Below are positions 1 through 12,733 of a stretch of DNA of 64,000 nucleotides, in pieces (positions within the stretch are counted from its first letter, which is position 1; each line of letters starts with the position of its first letter). The translations under genes were made by a program, and so were the position numbers. Location: assembly GCF_009914755.1 (NCBI RefSeq), contig NC_060927.1. One strand, 5' to 3'. The stretch comes from the human T2T-CHM13v2.0 reference genome, Homo sapiens. The notes below the pieces were generated by a model. It saw only the letters and a program-made list of their open reading frames with translations, ran no database searches and was not told where the DNA came from.

Positions 1-829
1 ATCATCACAGAACTTTTTAGGGCTTCCAGCTTGTTTTTTCTTGGGAAACTACTGATGTGGCTAATGGGCACAAACCTGTTTCTACCCTAAAAATGCCTTG
101 AGCCATAAACTCCAGCCCATAGTACAAGTAGAGGAAGACATCTTTGCCTACTCAAATTCCCAGAAACAGAGAGAGGAATCCACAGATGAATGCCCTGCCA
201 TGTTGTTGTAATCAGATCAAAGATCCAGCTTTTACTTTTGGCCAATTTCCTTGACAGATCAAGATTGGATACCAAGGTTTCTGACTTCCATTCCACATTT
301 TATCTGCTGAATATTAATAATTATGAGTATATAAAGACTTCATTTAAATAACCCCACTCAATAATCTCATCTTTTTTTCTAAAAGAGCATTTAGCAAAAT
401 AGAGTCAACTAACCTGCCAATATCTTATAAAGAAATTTTATAAAGATTGGTTTAATACCTGCAGTACTAATTTTTGCTTCTGACAAAGGAAGATGTTTAT
501 ATCATCAGAATAACTAAAAATAAATAATCTGATAGGTATTTTGTTGATCACCAACAGTGTTTTATCATAGTACTATGCATTGTGGGTAACCAAAAGAGGG
601 AGAAAGATACATTCATTCCTTGATGCTGCTCTTCTTTGAGGTGGATTTTTACTACCTAGCATTTGTGAAGTACAGCATGTTGTCTCAACATTAAAATTGC
701 TTTCATATGCAGAAACATACTATGTGCAATTGTCTGTGTTAATATGGACACATTTCTCATTTAGAAGAGAGATCATGAACTATCTTTATACACCAAGTTT
801 ACCTTCCCCAACAATTTAGTAACTTTACA

Positions 830-1212
830 GACACATGGATATTCCAGTCATATTCCCTTGTCTTTTACCTCTGTACATGGAAAATAGCTGGTTGTGAACA
901 TGGGAGCCTCTACCTGCAAGCCTTGTTTTTCTGGAAACAGCAGCCCCTCGTCACTAACAAATGGCAAGTAGGTAAATAAATGCCCCTATTTTGGAATGAT
1001 TTTAAGGCAGGTGTTCTATACTGTGTCTCAGAGGTCTCTAGTTTCCCACAGTGGTAACTTACTTGATAATACGCTCTTTATTGACTTTCTTCCTTTACTG
1101 AATTATTCCCCCTTTCCCATCTAGGTGTTTCCTAGAATCACTTCCCAAATAAACCACTTGTAGTTAAATCCTTATCTCAGGGTCTGTTTCTGGGGGAACC
1201 ATAACCAGGACA
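830..1212 (+). mobile_element. ERVL solo LTR, LTR16-like
   Basis: The 3' end 'cttcccaaataaaccacttgtagttaaatccttatctcagggtctgtttctgggggaacc...aca' matches the LTR16-family polyA/U5 end. The 5' boundary is approximate. Confidence 0.7.
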
Positions 1213-1559
1213 ATAACCTTTTCTAATACTTCCTATTCCTTTAGGTTAGAAAAACAGGTTCTTCCAAAGCACCACCCTTTCCTTCTCCATGTTTAGCATT
1301 TTACTCCTCACTGACACTGGCCTATCGAGCCCCATCTTTCTGAAGTACACTAGTTTGAGGCTTCTTTCTCCCAGGCCTGGAGTTCCACAGAAGTGCTCTA
1401 ACTAGAAGCATTCTGCAGAAGTACTCTAAATAGAAGCATTTCTACTTCTCACTTGTATAATTTTCAGGCAATCTTACAAATCACTACCAGACAAGTTTTA
1501 CTAATCTTCTATTGTATCCATGGTTTTAGCATTTATAAAACTTCAGAGGTTTCTGCATT

Positions 1560-2155
1560 CACTACCTTAGTAATGCCATTCAGTTTTATGGCTTTATATA
1601 TTATATATATGCCACAGACTCCCAATACTTATATTTCCATATCAAATCTTTCTCTCATTCCAGTCTTTTAGATACCACTACCTACTTGACATCTGCACTT
1701 AGATGTCTGTTAGACATTTCACATTCAAAACATCAAACCTAAACCCCTAATCTCCTCAGACAAACCTGCTCTTTCTGCAGCCTTCCCCATCTCAGTTGAT
1801 GGGAGTACCATCCTTCTAGTGGCTTTGGAGAGATCCTTGATTTATTCATTTGGCTCTTAAATATACCCTGACCGAATCCATTAGGAAATCCTTGTGTTCA
1901 TACCTTCAAAATATATTCAGAAGCTGACCATTTCTCCTCCTCTCCACCAGTGAAACTCTGGCACAAGCCAGCATCAGCTTTCACCAGGAATGCTACATCT
2001 CCTGGTTGTTCTCCTTGCTTCAGTTTCTGCTGCCTTCTATCCTCAACACTAAAGGCAGAGACATCCTTTTAAACTGTTGGGTCACAGATCATGGCCTTCT
2101 ACTGCAAAAAGCCAGCATGCGATAGATGCATGTCTCACTCGGGTAAAAGCCACAG
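1560..2155 (+). mobile_element. L2 LINE fragment
   Basis: Typical L2 motifs: 'cctacttgacatctgcacttagatgtct', 'ccttccccatctcagttgatgg...accatcc', 'taccttcaaaatatattcagaa'. Confidence 0.8.
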
Positions 2156-2399
2156 GAACTGGGGTTACATATTGATCAAGATACACGTTTCCTATTCTCT
2201 TGAAACGTTAGGGTTTCTAGTAGCTTTTGAAGTATAATAGTTTTAAGGTATAATCCTAATTAACTGTACTTCTCAGCTCTCCTCCTCCGTCCCTTTCCAC
2301 TAGAATCCATGTCCCAAATCTCCTACCTATGGGTCCAGGTGGAAAAATGGAAAAGAATCAAGCAAGGAAGAAACAGTGCCCATAGAAAGCAAAACTAAG

Positions 2400-2489
2400 A
2401 AATCCTGTTACAATACCATAAGGCCACTGTAGCTGCAAGGGATCCTGGGAAATGCAAATATTTAGAAGGGTCTGATGCTGTCATCAAGA

Positions 2490-2529
<40 letters not shown>

Positions 2530-2575
2530 TTAGGGAGAAAGAATGTACACTGTGTGGATAAATAGTTTCTACCAC
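2400..2575 (-). mobile_element. old MaLR (MLT1-like) fragment interrupted by (TG)n
   Basis: 'ggccactgtagctgcaagggatcctgggaaatg' resembles reverse-strand MLT1J/K. Confidence 0.45.
2491..2522. repeat. (TG)16 microsatellite
   Basis: Directly visible. Confidence 0.97.
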
Positions 2576-3894
2576 AGATGGTGAAAAAATACCCATGGTT
2601 TACACTAAGTCTAGGTCTTGTCCAGTTCTGAGCATTTTAATCAGAAAAGCATTACTATACTCACTTGTTTTTATATTAAAATAAGGGCTGTTTATTGCCA
2701 CCAGCTCAGGAAATGACCCAGTGTGGCCGTGTAAGACAGAATTAATTTGAAGTGACTCCAGCTAAAAGTTGGCTGCCTTTTAACTTAATAACTTGAGAAC
2801 TGTCAGTATCCTTTGAAGTTAATGATAGTTGTAAAGTGCAAATAAAAATTTTTCTAAAGGAAATCAAACACACTACAGCCAATAAATGGCTGTCACTAGA
2901 ATGCTCTGTCACTGAAACTATTCATGTATGTGCGAGGGGAGGGTGGAAGGCTGGTAATCTGTTTAGAATTTCATTGTTATTTTGTCTTGTTTTGTTTTGG
3001 CTTTTGGATTATAGAATGCCCAACAAGTTTTCCCCTTGGAAATGAAATTTAAGCCATTTAATGGGTTTCTAGTTGTTGGGTAGCATGTTAGAAGCAAAGT
3101 TATTTTGTATGAGCATTTGTGTTGGAAATACTTGCAATACTAGTGTCACCTCAGGCATAAATGTATTTGCGCAGCACGACTTCACATGGTAAATGAAAGC
3201 ATTATTACTTGCTTGTCTTTCTGTCATGGGAGGCGGTTTTCCAAATAGGTATATGGTGCACCATGTTAATTAAGTTTTATTTTCGTTAATGAGTAAAGTA
3301 ACTGGCTGAACAAAGAGTAAAAGATTTATCAGTATGGAAAGAGCAGGCAACTGTTTGTCTAAGTTATGCAAAGTAGCAAATGGGTCATCTCAACCAAGCA
3401 TCAGGCAACATATCATGTATGTGTGAAATGTAACTGTTTCTAATTTCAGACCCAGGTTATTAGCAGCATGGAAGCTCCTAATGAGGCTGGAGAAAGTTTC
3501 TCACATAGGAGCATCCTGCCTTTTATTTACAATGATGCCACTCAAAATTTGTTTCAGCAGGAAGCAACACTTTCCATTTTTTTCTTGTTGCTCATTTGTG
3601 AGTTTATTTCTACTTAATTTGCTGATCCAAAGCGATGCCAGATTGACATCCCTGGGGACTGCTGTTTCCTGTTGGTGCCTGTGCAAATGAAGGCAGCAAG
3701 CAGAAGTTCTATGTTTTCTGGATTTCTTGGTGATTTTAGGTTGCCATAGGCAGAAACTAAAAACCATATAGAAACCTTAGTTGACATGCTCTACCCACCA
3801 CCACCTCTGAAAGATGCAGCAGCCAAGTTAATTTGGTTAAGGTTGGTTAAAGAGAAATGAAAGGATCCTTCCTCTTTACGTCTTTCTTAAATAC

Positions 3895-4088
3895 AACATT
3901 TTCAGAACCCCAAACTTTGCTATAACTTGATGCTTCTAAAATAGTCTGATTACAAGACATATGAGCTTATTAAAATGTGGATTTTAAGTTTCTTATCTTG
4001 GAGATTGAGGCCTAGGTGATACCCAAGTTTCTATACTTTTAATAAGCATCTTAAGTTTCTGTTATCATCAGGCAAGTTTAAGAAGCAC
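3895..4088. mobile_element. MER5-family hAT-Charlie remnant
   Basis: Degenerate MER5B-like end 'ttttaataagcatcttaagtttctgttatcatcaggcaagtttaagaagcac'. Confidence 0.45.
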
Positions 4089-5759
4089 CTCTCTTGCATG
4101 TACAGGCAGCTTAATGGACTTTATATTAAAACACTAAGTTTAGTAATGTATTAACTTTGTAAGTCCCTCATTTCCTCATTATGGAGTATTTATTACCAGG
4201 ATACATGTATAAAGCATTTAGTGCCCATAACAACATGGGCACTGGAGGAAACCATTTCTCTCTTTATCAAATAGGACTAATAGCATTAAAAGCAATAAAC
4301 TTGCCTGACAACACTCAAATTATCCAAGCATTGAAAGACCCCTAAGAAGCCACTGGTAGTAGTTAGATGCCACCTTCTTTCCTCTTTGCCAATGCAAAAC
4401 AAAACCAAAACCAAAATCTATTCATATCCTCTGAACATCCATCCATTTGGAAGAATCATGGTTTGTAAAAGTATACTATTTGTCTTAAACAGCTATGTTT
4501 ATTTCAATAGGATACCACATAGGTCAAGGTATGTTTGAGTGTGTTAAGCAATTTGGAAATATGTTCTTGGAAAGCACAGGAAGACACGTCCCCCTATCCC
4601 CACCAAATAAGAAGACATCAGAGCCCAAAACACAATTTTAATATATCGGAGAAGGATATGCTAATGAGTTTTCTTGTAGTAATTTTTTTTTTTTTACATA
4701 TTGTATCTATCTTGAAAAACATGCTAGGACAGGTTCACAAGGAATATCATCCTCTGGAATAAGAACATGTATTGAATTTCAATCCATGTCAAGGATAGAT
4801 TATGAGCCTATCTTACAGTATATGATGGCTATATAGTTAAAATTATTAATCCACCAAGGCTGTAACTCACAACTCTTAATATTCTGATATTATTCTGAGA
4901 ATTTCATTTAATCTCCCTGGATCATGTGGCTTATAAGATTTTCTCTCACAGCTGAAAAATTACTTGATAGTTTATTCGTCACCATCTTCTGTTACTTGGC
5001 AGAGCTCAGAAACTTTTGATGAGTGTATCATGGTCACTATTTGCAGTACAATTCTCAATTCTTGCCGTCCTGGAACTACTAAAAGATAGCCTCAATCCTG
5101 AAATGCTCAGTTGCATTTTAGGTGAATGTTTTGTAAAGCATTTGAAATCTGCAAAGATCTGCAAGGAAGATACAGGCCAACACATCCCGTAATTTCTCCT
5201 ACTCTAAAATTTCATCGTAGACATTACTTCACTTGAAATATTATAGGAAAGGTTGAAAAACTGTTATTCTTTAGGCATTACTGTATTAGGTATATTTTTG
5301 TTGTTGATCAGACATTGCTTCGAGCTGGAAAATTTTCTTAATGTATATCGCTGTAAATTAAGACTACATTTTTTATTTGAAATATTAGAAAATATTTTGA
5401 TTCCTGTATCTGCTATAAGTGTGAATCATAATAATCCTTTCTTTAAGAGTTAAAAGTTTCTTTTATCGTATTGTATTTTGAAATCTTACAAATTTCAAGT
5501 TATTTACTCTGGTTTACTTATAAAGGCACAAAAATGACATTGTAAGGAATAGTTCAATTTGAGGGAAGAGGCCTGGGTGAGGCTTTAGGCATGTTTACAT
5601 GGTCTACCTTGGCTGAATTTCCAAGCGATTTAACTTAATCTCTTTCTGAAAGTTTCCAGAAATTAATAGTATTTATCTACTTTTACAAAAAGTTAGAAAT
5701 GACTTTCATGTCTAAGGGAAAGGAAATGATCATATACAGGAAGGATAATTTGGAAACAC

Positions 5760-5902
5760 TTTTTGCAAACTATGGATTTTTAGGTCCTATCCCAGACCTA
5801 CCAAATCAAAATATCCAAGGGGAAATTTTTGAAAATTGTATTTTTTTTATAAACACGCCTAGTGATACTTTTATCATTCTGCAAACTTTGGAAACATCAC
5901 AC
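5760..5902. mobile_element. MER5B-like hAT-Charlie remnant
   Basis: 'ggtcctatcccagacctaccaaatcaaaatatcc...tgtatttttt...aaactttggaaacatcac'. Confidence 0.6.
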
Positions 5903-6020
5903 TAATACATCTGTAAGGTTGAATTTACTTGGCCATTACATTCTGCTTCCATAGTGTTTGTACTAAGATGAGAAAATGTTCACTGTAAAATACTGTATGG
6001 CAAAAACCAGAATATACACT

Positions 6021-6040
6021 ATAGATGATAGATAGAAGAT

Positions 6041-6091
<51 letters not shown>
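6021..6091. repeat. short (GATA)n followed by (AG)~23 microsatellite
   Basis: Directly visible; the pure AG tract is 6045-6091. Confidence 0.97.
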
Positions 6092-6095
<4 letters not shown>

Positions 6096-6720
6096 TCAGA
6101 ATGCAGCACAGAATAAATAAAAAGTGTCACTGTAAAAGCTGGCCTTGGAAGTCCTCTTTTTGTTTAGAAAAACACTTGCATATAAATAGAGAAGCCCAGT
6201 ATCTGCCTGAGAGAAGAATGAGTGTGAGACAAAGCATAACCGAAGAGCAACAGCAATTTTTAGTTCCCTGGTTTTTCTTGGAAGAAGGCCAGATATTTTT
6301 TAAAGGGAAAAGAAGAGACACTGAACAAGAGATTAAAGTTCCAGGAGAAAATTGAATAACTGTTCAATGAGGTATTCAGATGACGGGGAGATATAAAAAA
6401 AAGAAGGATATCTGCTATTGAAACATAAACTTTTTGCTATAATGTGTTGTCCTGAACTCTGATATAATCCCCTCCTATGCCCTGACCATCAGGAAGCATG
6501 CTCTGGAAGGGCTTAAGAGAAAAGCCACTGCTATGTCACTATATTCTACCTACAGGTTGATACAAGGCTGAGAGAAAGGAATGCTAGCAAATCAGAATGG
6601 CATATGAGCAGATACAGATGTGTAACTATGCCAAGTATTTCCCCAGATGTACTAGGATGACTCCAGAAATCTAAAATATCTGGATAATCTCATGCAGTAA
6701 ACATTTTATTGACATTTTGG

Positions 6721-6722
<2 letters not shown>

Positions 6723-6758
<36 letters not shown>
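6723..6758. repeat. (AC)18 microsatellite
   Basis: Directly visible. Confidence 0.97.
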
Positions 6759-6760
<2 letters not shown>

Positions 6761-7269
6761 AAGACCGAAAGAAAACAGCAAAAGGTAGAAAGTTTATCTC
6801 TGGATGTTAAAATTGAGCATATATTACGTGCATAACAATGAGGAAAATGATTAAGCTTCGGGGATCATTCTTAGACGTTTTAAACAAACACAATTCTAAA
6901 TTTAACAGAAGATAAGCGAAGTTTGATAATTTAAAATTCTATAGGACCAAGAGCTTTGCTTCACTAGTTAATATTTAGAAACATCAATTGGTCAGTCTGT
7001 TGTAAATAAAATCCCTGGGTTCTTGAAGGATGATGTGTTACACAAAATAATTTACACTGAACTATTTGATCGTGCATAGATTCCACTGGTTCAAAGTGGA
7101 GGAAAACATTTTAATGATTTTACATTCATCTGTACAATTCTTTCTGCTATCAATCATATAGTGGTCCTTGGCATTTTTTTCCGTGTTTTAAAGTAGCTTT
7201 TTACCCTATATAAAGAATAATACATATGAAACAGTATTGTATTTAACCCTAAAATATTCCATTTCTGCT

Positions 7270-7480
7270 GTCAGATAAACTGAGTTTGAAGGCTATCTCT
7301 ACCCCTTACTCCTGTGTGACCCTGGGTAAGTTATTTACTGTCTCTACAGCTGTGTTTACCCATCTTTAAAAATGGGGATAATGATTCTTCCTACTTCATA
7401 GGGCTTTTGTGAGAATTACATGATAATACATGTAACAAACTTAGCATAGTCCTTGGCCAATTGCACAAAATAAATTAGCT
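7270..7480 (+). mobile_element. MIR SINE
   Basis: MIR core 'tgtgtgaccctgggtaagttattt...catctttaaaaatggggataatga...cctacttcatagggcttttgtgagaatta'. Confidence 0.85.
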
Positions 7481-7489
7481 ATGAAATGT

Positions 7490-8160
7490 ATTTGTTCATA
7501 ATAGAAACTTCAAGAAAAATAACTAGGAAAGACATAAAAATCCTCTATAGTCTCACCTCCGAAGCAAGCGATAACTGTCATTTTGGTATCTTTTATTCTT
7601 CCTTCTTTATTTAAAGACAAATTACAAAAATGAATCTATTCATACATATTGTATTTTAATCTGATAAGTTGTGTATAAACTAAATCATTTTCCCTGTTAC
7701 TAAATATTGTTCAAAAACATTATTTTCAGTGGCCACATGCTTTCCCATTTGTAAAGCAGTATCATACTGTATTTTAAAAATATATTGCTGAGCATAATGG
7801 TTGTTTCCAAACCACCAGTATTTCAAAGAGGCTGCATTGACCATCCTTATAAGTAAATATCTCTACATATTCATAATAATTGGTTTAGAATCGATTTCTA
7901 AAGTTAGAATTGCTGAATCAAATGATATATCTTAAATGTATATTTCATACACGTTTTAATGTACTGCTAAATTGCCTTCCAGAATGTTTGTGCCAATTAT
8001 TACTTTTAGTAGTATATCAAATACTTTTTAAACAATAGATACATTCACTTTAAAAAGAAATGGCAATGACTTTTAATTTTTTAGCTTATTTTATTGAGTT
8101 TGAAAAAGATTTGGCCACTTGTTTTTTTCTCTCCTGTATACTGTATGAACATTTGAATTT
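7490..8160 (-). mobile_element. old L1M (L1ME-like) 3' fragment
   Basis: 'ggttgtttcca...gctgcattgaccatcctt...agaattgctgaatcaaa...ctgctaaattgccttccagaa'. Confidence 0.65.
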
Positions 8161-8194
8161 AAAAAATGTATACTGCACTGCTTCTTTAATTGTC

Positions 8195-8320
8195 ATATTC
8201 ACTGAGGTAACATTTGTTGAGCATCTACTCAAGACAGGCACACTGCACAGGGTGAGAGATGTAAAGACCAGGACACTTATGCTAAAGTCAGTGGTGTCCA
8301 TGAAGAGCAGAGGCACAGTG
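8195..8320 (-). mobile_element. L2 3' end
   Basis: 'aacatttgttgagcatctact...aggcac' is the reverse L2 tail. Confidence 0.6.
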
Positions 8321-8519
8321 AAATTTGCCTGGTCCTTCTAGGGGCTTTGGAGATGCATATTAAACATCTGAAGCCAAGGGATTCTTCTTAGAGCTGTCCT
8401 CCCAAGAAAGAGGGAACCAAACAATGAGGAGATTTGGCAAGTCCTACCCAAAGAGAACTGACATTTCTTAGGCATTTTATGAAGAGATATATAGAACTCC
8501 AGTTCCACTTGTTAAAAGC

Positions 8520-8730
8520 AATAACTGCTTTCACTTACTGAACATGCACGCTGTGGCAGGCTCACTGCTGATATTTTACAACTTTCTGCGATCAGAAAGG
8601 TTATAACCCGTAGATCTGCCAATGAGTGGATTCTGACCCTGGGTGAAGTGAATGAACTAGCCCAAGAGTTTGCAATTCTAAGTGGAAATGCTGGGATTCA
8701 CCATCTGATCTGATGCTTTGCTCTGTCTTC
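8520..8730 (-). mobile_element. MIR SINE (degenerate)
   Basis: 'gaagtgaatgaactagcccaag...aagtggaaatgctgggattca'. Confidence 0.6.
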
Positions 8731-9304
8731 TCTTATTTACACCCAGGTTTCTCAGCTTTCCACCTTTGTTATATTTGCATTTTGCCATACCTGCCTGTTA
8801 ACCTTTTCTTAAAACAAATTGATCATCTATGTTTATTTTTGAACACTTTGTTGTTAGTTTCCTTAAAAAGGAAACTTTGTATCTCTATTATAAATAGAAA
8901 ATCAGTTATATTTGCCATATAAAAATAAAATAAGTAAAAATGTATGGTTTCATGTGTACCACCAAAAAGCATTTCATCTTTCTATCCCCTTTCCCATCTC
9001 TTGCCAGAGGCCAGGCTATAACACCTGAGGAAACACTGCCCCAGTCACTGCAAACATTTAGTCACTAGGGACAGCAGAACAAGACTGTGGGAACTTGGTA
9101 AGAACCTGGGACCCTTTGTACCTTTCTTCTGTTGGTTTCTTTATTCTCATTCTCTTCTGGATGGTCTCCAGAATAACTGGGGAGACAACACTTACAGGAA
9201 AAGCGCATGTGTTCTTGTCTCAGAGTGGAAGAAAGAAGAGCCGCCGTGTTCCAGCTAGTGCTCAGAGAAGATGCTCTACATATCTTGTTGACCTTGATTT
9301 GAGC

Positions 9305-9325
9305 TATAAAAGGCTGCTGACTCAG
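9305..9325 (+). promoter_or_regulatory. TATA box (TATAAAAG) with adjacent MAF/AP-1 site (TGCTGACTCAG)
   Basis: Exact motifs at 9305-9312 and 9315-9325, inside a repeat-free stretch. Function is not demonstrated. Confidence 0.4.
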
Positions 9326-12300
9326 AGCATTAAAACAGAACCACTGGCTTATTCTCTGAGTAATTCAAGTCTGCCTTTCCCTCAGTCGATCCCAGAGGTG
9401 GCTAGTCAAGCCTGGCGATGTTCATTTACCATCAGAGATTAAGCCTGTCTGGCCAGGCTTTGTCTGGTAGCATTTTCTTAATCAAATATAATGACAATTT
9501 GAATAAACTCAAGTCCATTGAACATTGTTCATGTTTTATTATTAAGAAAAAATAGGCACTTTGATTCTTGGAACACTTTTTAAAAGGCTCCTCGCTGTGT
9601 CAGTCTCTGTTTGTTATTTTGGGGCATGACAGTTATCTAAAGAGAACCAGCCAGATTTAATCTGACAGCCACAGTCAGGGAAGAGCGCTACCAATCTAAT
9701 TATCCAGTAATCTAGTCAGAATGGGAGTAATTCTAGGCCTTTCTCAGGCAGCTAATCACATTTCCTGTGCATTAGCAGCCACACATGGGGAGCTTTTAGG
9801 AACAAGGTTTTTGGCCTGCACGGGCTTCATGAGCCTCATAGTGGTATAATTTCTTTGTTGACTTCTTCCCCCAGAGTGGTTTCTTCAGGATTTTTCATTT
9901 TGTTCTCATTCCTACTTTTCCCCTGCATTGCCGAGGGTGTCTTAGCTTAGCTTCAAGTTCTAAGTTTGACGAGCTTCTGACTTTCCTTTCAGAATGCAGC
10001 AGAGGAGGAAGGGTACATTCACGGATCCATATGCTTATTTCTTGTGCAGGGACAAATTAAGGAGCGTAACACAGTCTGCAGGGAAAAAAGGGAGAAAAAC
10101 GTGAAAGTTGTTTTCTTCAAGGAAAGCGCCGTTGTTTGTGGGCCATTTTTCATGTCATTTCTCTATCAATGTGGGTGATTTGAGGGAGGTTTCTAGAGAA
10201 AAGGCCGGAGAAAAGAGACAGTTAACGGATATTTAGTTCTGTCGTTGTCTCTGAATGTCAAGCTGTAGGTAATATTGATCTCGTCTCATTTCTGTAATCA
10301 CAATTTTAACATGGAAAAAGGAAAACACACACACATTCAGGGAGTGGGAGCATTAATGAATTTCCTGCCATTTTCTTTCTCTGAAAACCTCCGTTTAGGA
10401 TAATTTCATATTAGTCCTGTAAAGCAGAATGTTTTTCGAGTGCATTGGTTTCTCACACTCCAAAATTGAGGTTTCAGTGGCAGTATGCCGCTTCTACCCC
10501 CAGCTTTCAAACATTTCTCCAGCTTCTCATAATCACAGCTTGGTTAGTCTGAATCCAAACATTTGAATCTAATAGAGGGGAATTCTAGTCACTAACAGGT
10601 TTACAATATAGTAATTTTCCCCAAAGTTATCCATGATAAATGGGCTTCCCAAATAGCCTCTAGCAATCACAGCATAACGCATTAGATGGAACACTCCAAA
10701 AAAATAAAAAAAAGGAAATTTGAAATCCTGTGTTAAATTGTCGTGTTACAATTTTGAACGGGTTTCAATCACAATTTGCATCCTCTCAACTGAAATTTTT
10801 GTGGGCTTAAACAATGCTTTTATTCCAGTAATTGTGGGAGGTATATGCCACTAGGGGCTGCATAGTTTGGGTGTGCCTCCATGCACAGACAAGAACTGTT
10901 GCTGAATCATAAGTATATTTGAGCCTCGTGTCTGAAGCCTGTGGACCTAGAGCCTAACGTGTCTCAGATGGAACACGTAGACTGGTTCCAGTGCTTCTTG
11001 TTCTGTTTCTAATTATGTCGTGTCTGCATTCATTCTAGGTTTAGATCTCACAAATGCTATTGATAGAACTTTGCCTAAAAGGTTCAGTAAAACTACAAAC
11101 AAACCCTAGTTTTGAACTGTCATCCAATATATTATAATAGTATATGAATTTTAGTCTTTCATTGCAGGCACTATATTGTTTGACTCTGATTGTATTGATT
11201 GCACAGGCGAAAGTAGGATTATAGCCGAAGAGTAGTTCATGGCTGACATTTTTATCGATGGTTCCATGAACCTGAATGTGTACTTCAATCCACTAAGGTC
11301 ACTGATTAAAATGTTTACCCAATAAAAATTACATTTAAATATGTCAATAGTACATCAACTTACATAACATCTTTCATCTGAAAATATAACAACATATATG
11401 AGAAATTAATGGCATAGTCACTAATCCCTGTAGAAGTATTGCTTAACCATGGTTCACTTCTCACAGAATCAAAAAGAGAGAATAAAAATGGTATAGCAAA
11501 GACTTTTAATGATTCCAGCATCTATTAGGGTATCATTGTCACAAATAAAAAGAATACCAGTTCCTACATTTCTCAAGGCTATTTCTCAATACAAGTTAAA
11601 ATGATTCAGGAATGCAGGAGATGCAAAAAAAGAGGCTGCATATTAAGAGCTTGTTTGAGCAATGGAACCTCTATGTATTTACAAATGTGGCACTTTTCTC
11701 TCTGCTTTAAAACTTAGATCTTGAATTACTCGAGTGATTGTGATCTGCAAATCGGTATACATTGTTGATTTCTCTGTTCAAATTAATATCTGCTGAATGA
11801 GTTGGGCTTTGTAAAAGTTCGGCTTTGTGTCTTATTCATTCTCTGCCAGGGTGTCTGGTGCTGTCCAAGGAATGTCCCAGGACAGAAGGGTCTTTGTATA
11901 AGGAACAATAATAAATTCCATTATTGCCATTTATGAATTATCAGGCTGCCTTGATCTAGTTAACTTCTGTACAAAGAGTGCTATCAACTTCAAACTTTAG
12001 TTAAGTCATCATGAGGCAATGATTCCAAGTTTTGATCCATTTTATAAGGGATCTTCCATTTTACTGTATCATTCTGAATACTGTTCATTTTCTGTCATTT
12101 TTAATTTGGTTTTTCTTTTAAAAAGTCAGCTTGTGTAACACGTTTTGACTTTGAGGCAGAGTCTACTTTGGGTTTGTGCTAATTTTTTCCTCTTAGACAA
12201 TTAAAACTTTCCAAGAGGACATTTGATGTTTTGCAGCATGGATGTCATACATCCCATATTGGCATTGTGTAATGTTTTTGGTAATATTAAAATAATTGGT

Positions 12301-12527
12301 AGTTTAGGTGAATTACCACTGGGTCACTGGCCTTTATCACCCACCCATATAGATAGCCTTTTAAATTTATATTGTCTGTTTATGTGATTTGCCCTGGCCC
12401 ATATTTGGAAATACCTACAAAGCCCTACATTACCTCTAATCTGCTTAGGCAATCTTGCTGGTTATGCATTGGTATTTTATATTGGTAACATACAAGCCTG
12501 CTATCATCTTCGATGTTCCCTTTAATC

Positions 12528-12733
12528 TATGCTGTCCAATAGTGTAATCATTTGGCTGTATGCCTGTTTAAATTGAAATTTAAATTCATTCACATTAAAT
12601 ACAAATTCAGTTCCTTAATTGTACTGGTCACAGTTTACATGCTCAATAGTTACATAAAGGTAGTGGCTTCCAGACTGGACAGTACAAGTATAGAAAATTG
12701 CTGATATTGCATAAAGTTCTGGTGGACACTGCC
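12528..12733. mobile_element. MER3 hAT-Charlie DNA transposon
   Basis: Begins 'ctgtccaatag', has internal 'aaattcagttcctt...ctcaatag...gtagtggct...ggacag' and ends 'ggacactgc'. Confidence 0.75.

Noticed and set aside
9095-9442. 115-aa ORF with a hydrophobic N-terminus
   Set aside because: It starts at TTG, I recognise no homology, and hydrophobic runs are expected from T-rich DNA.
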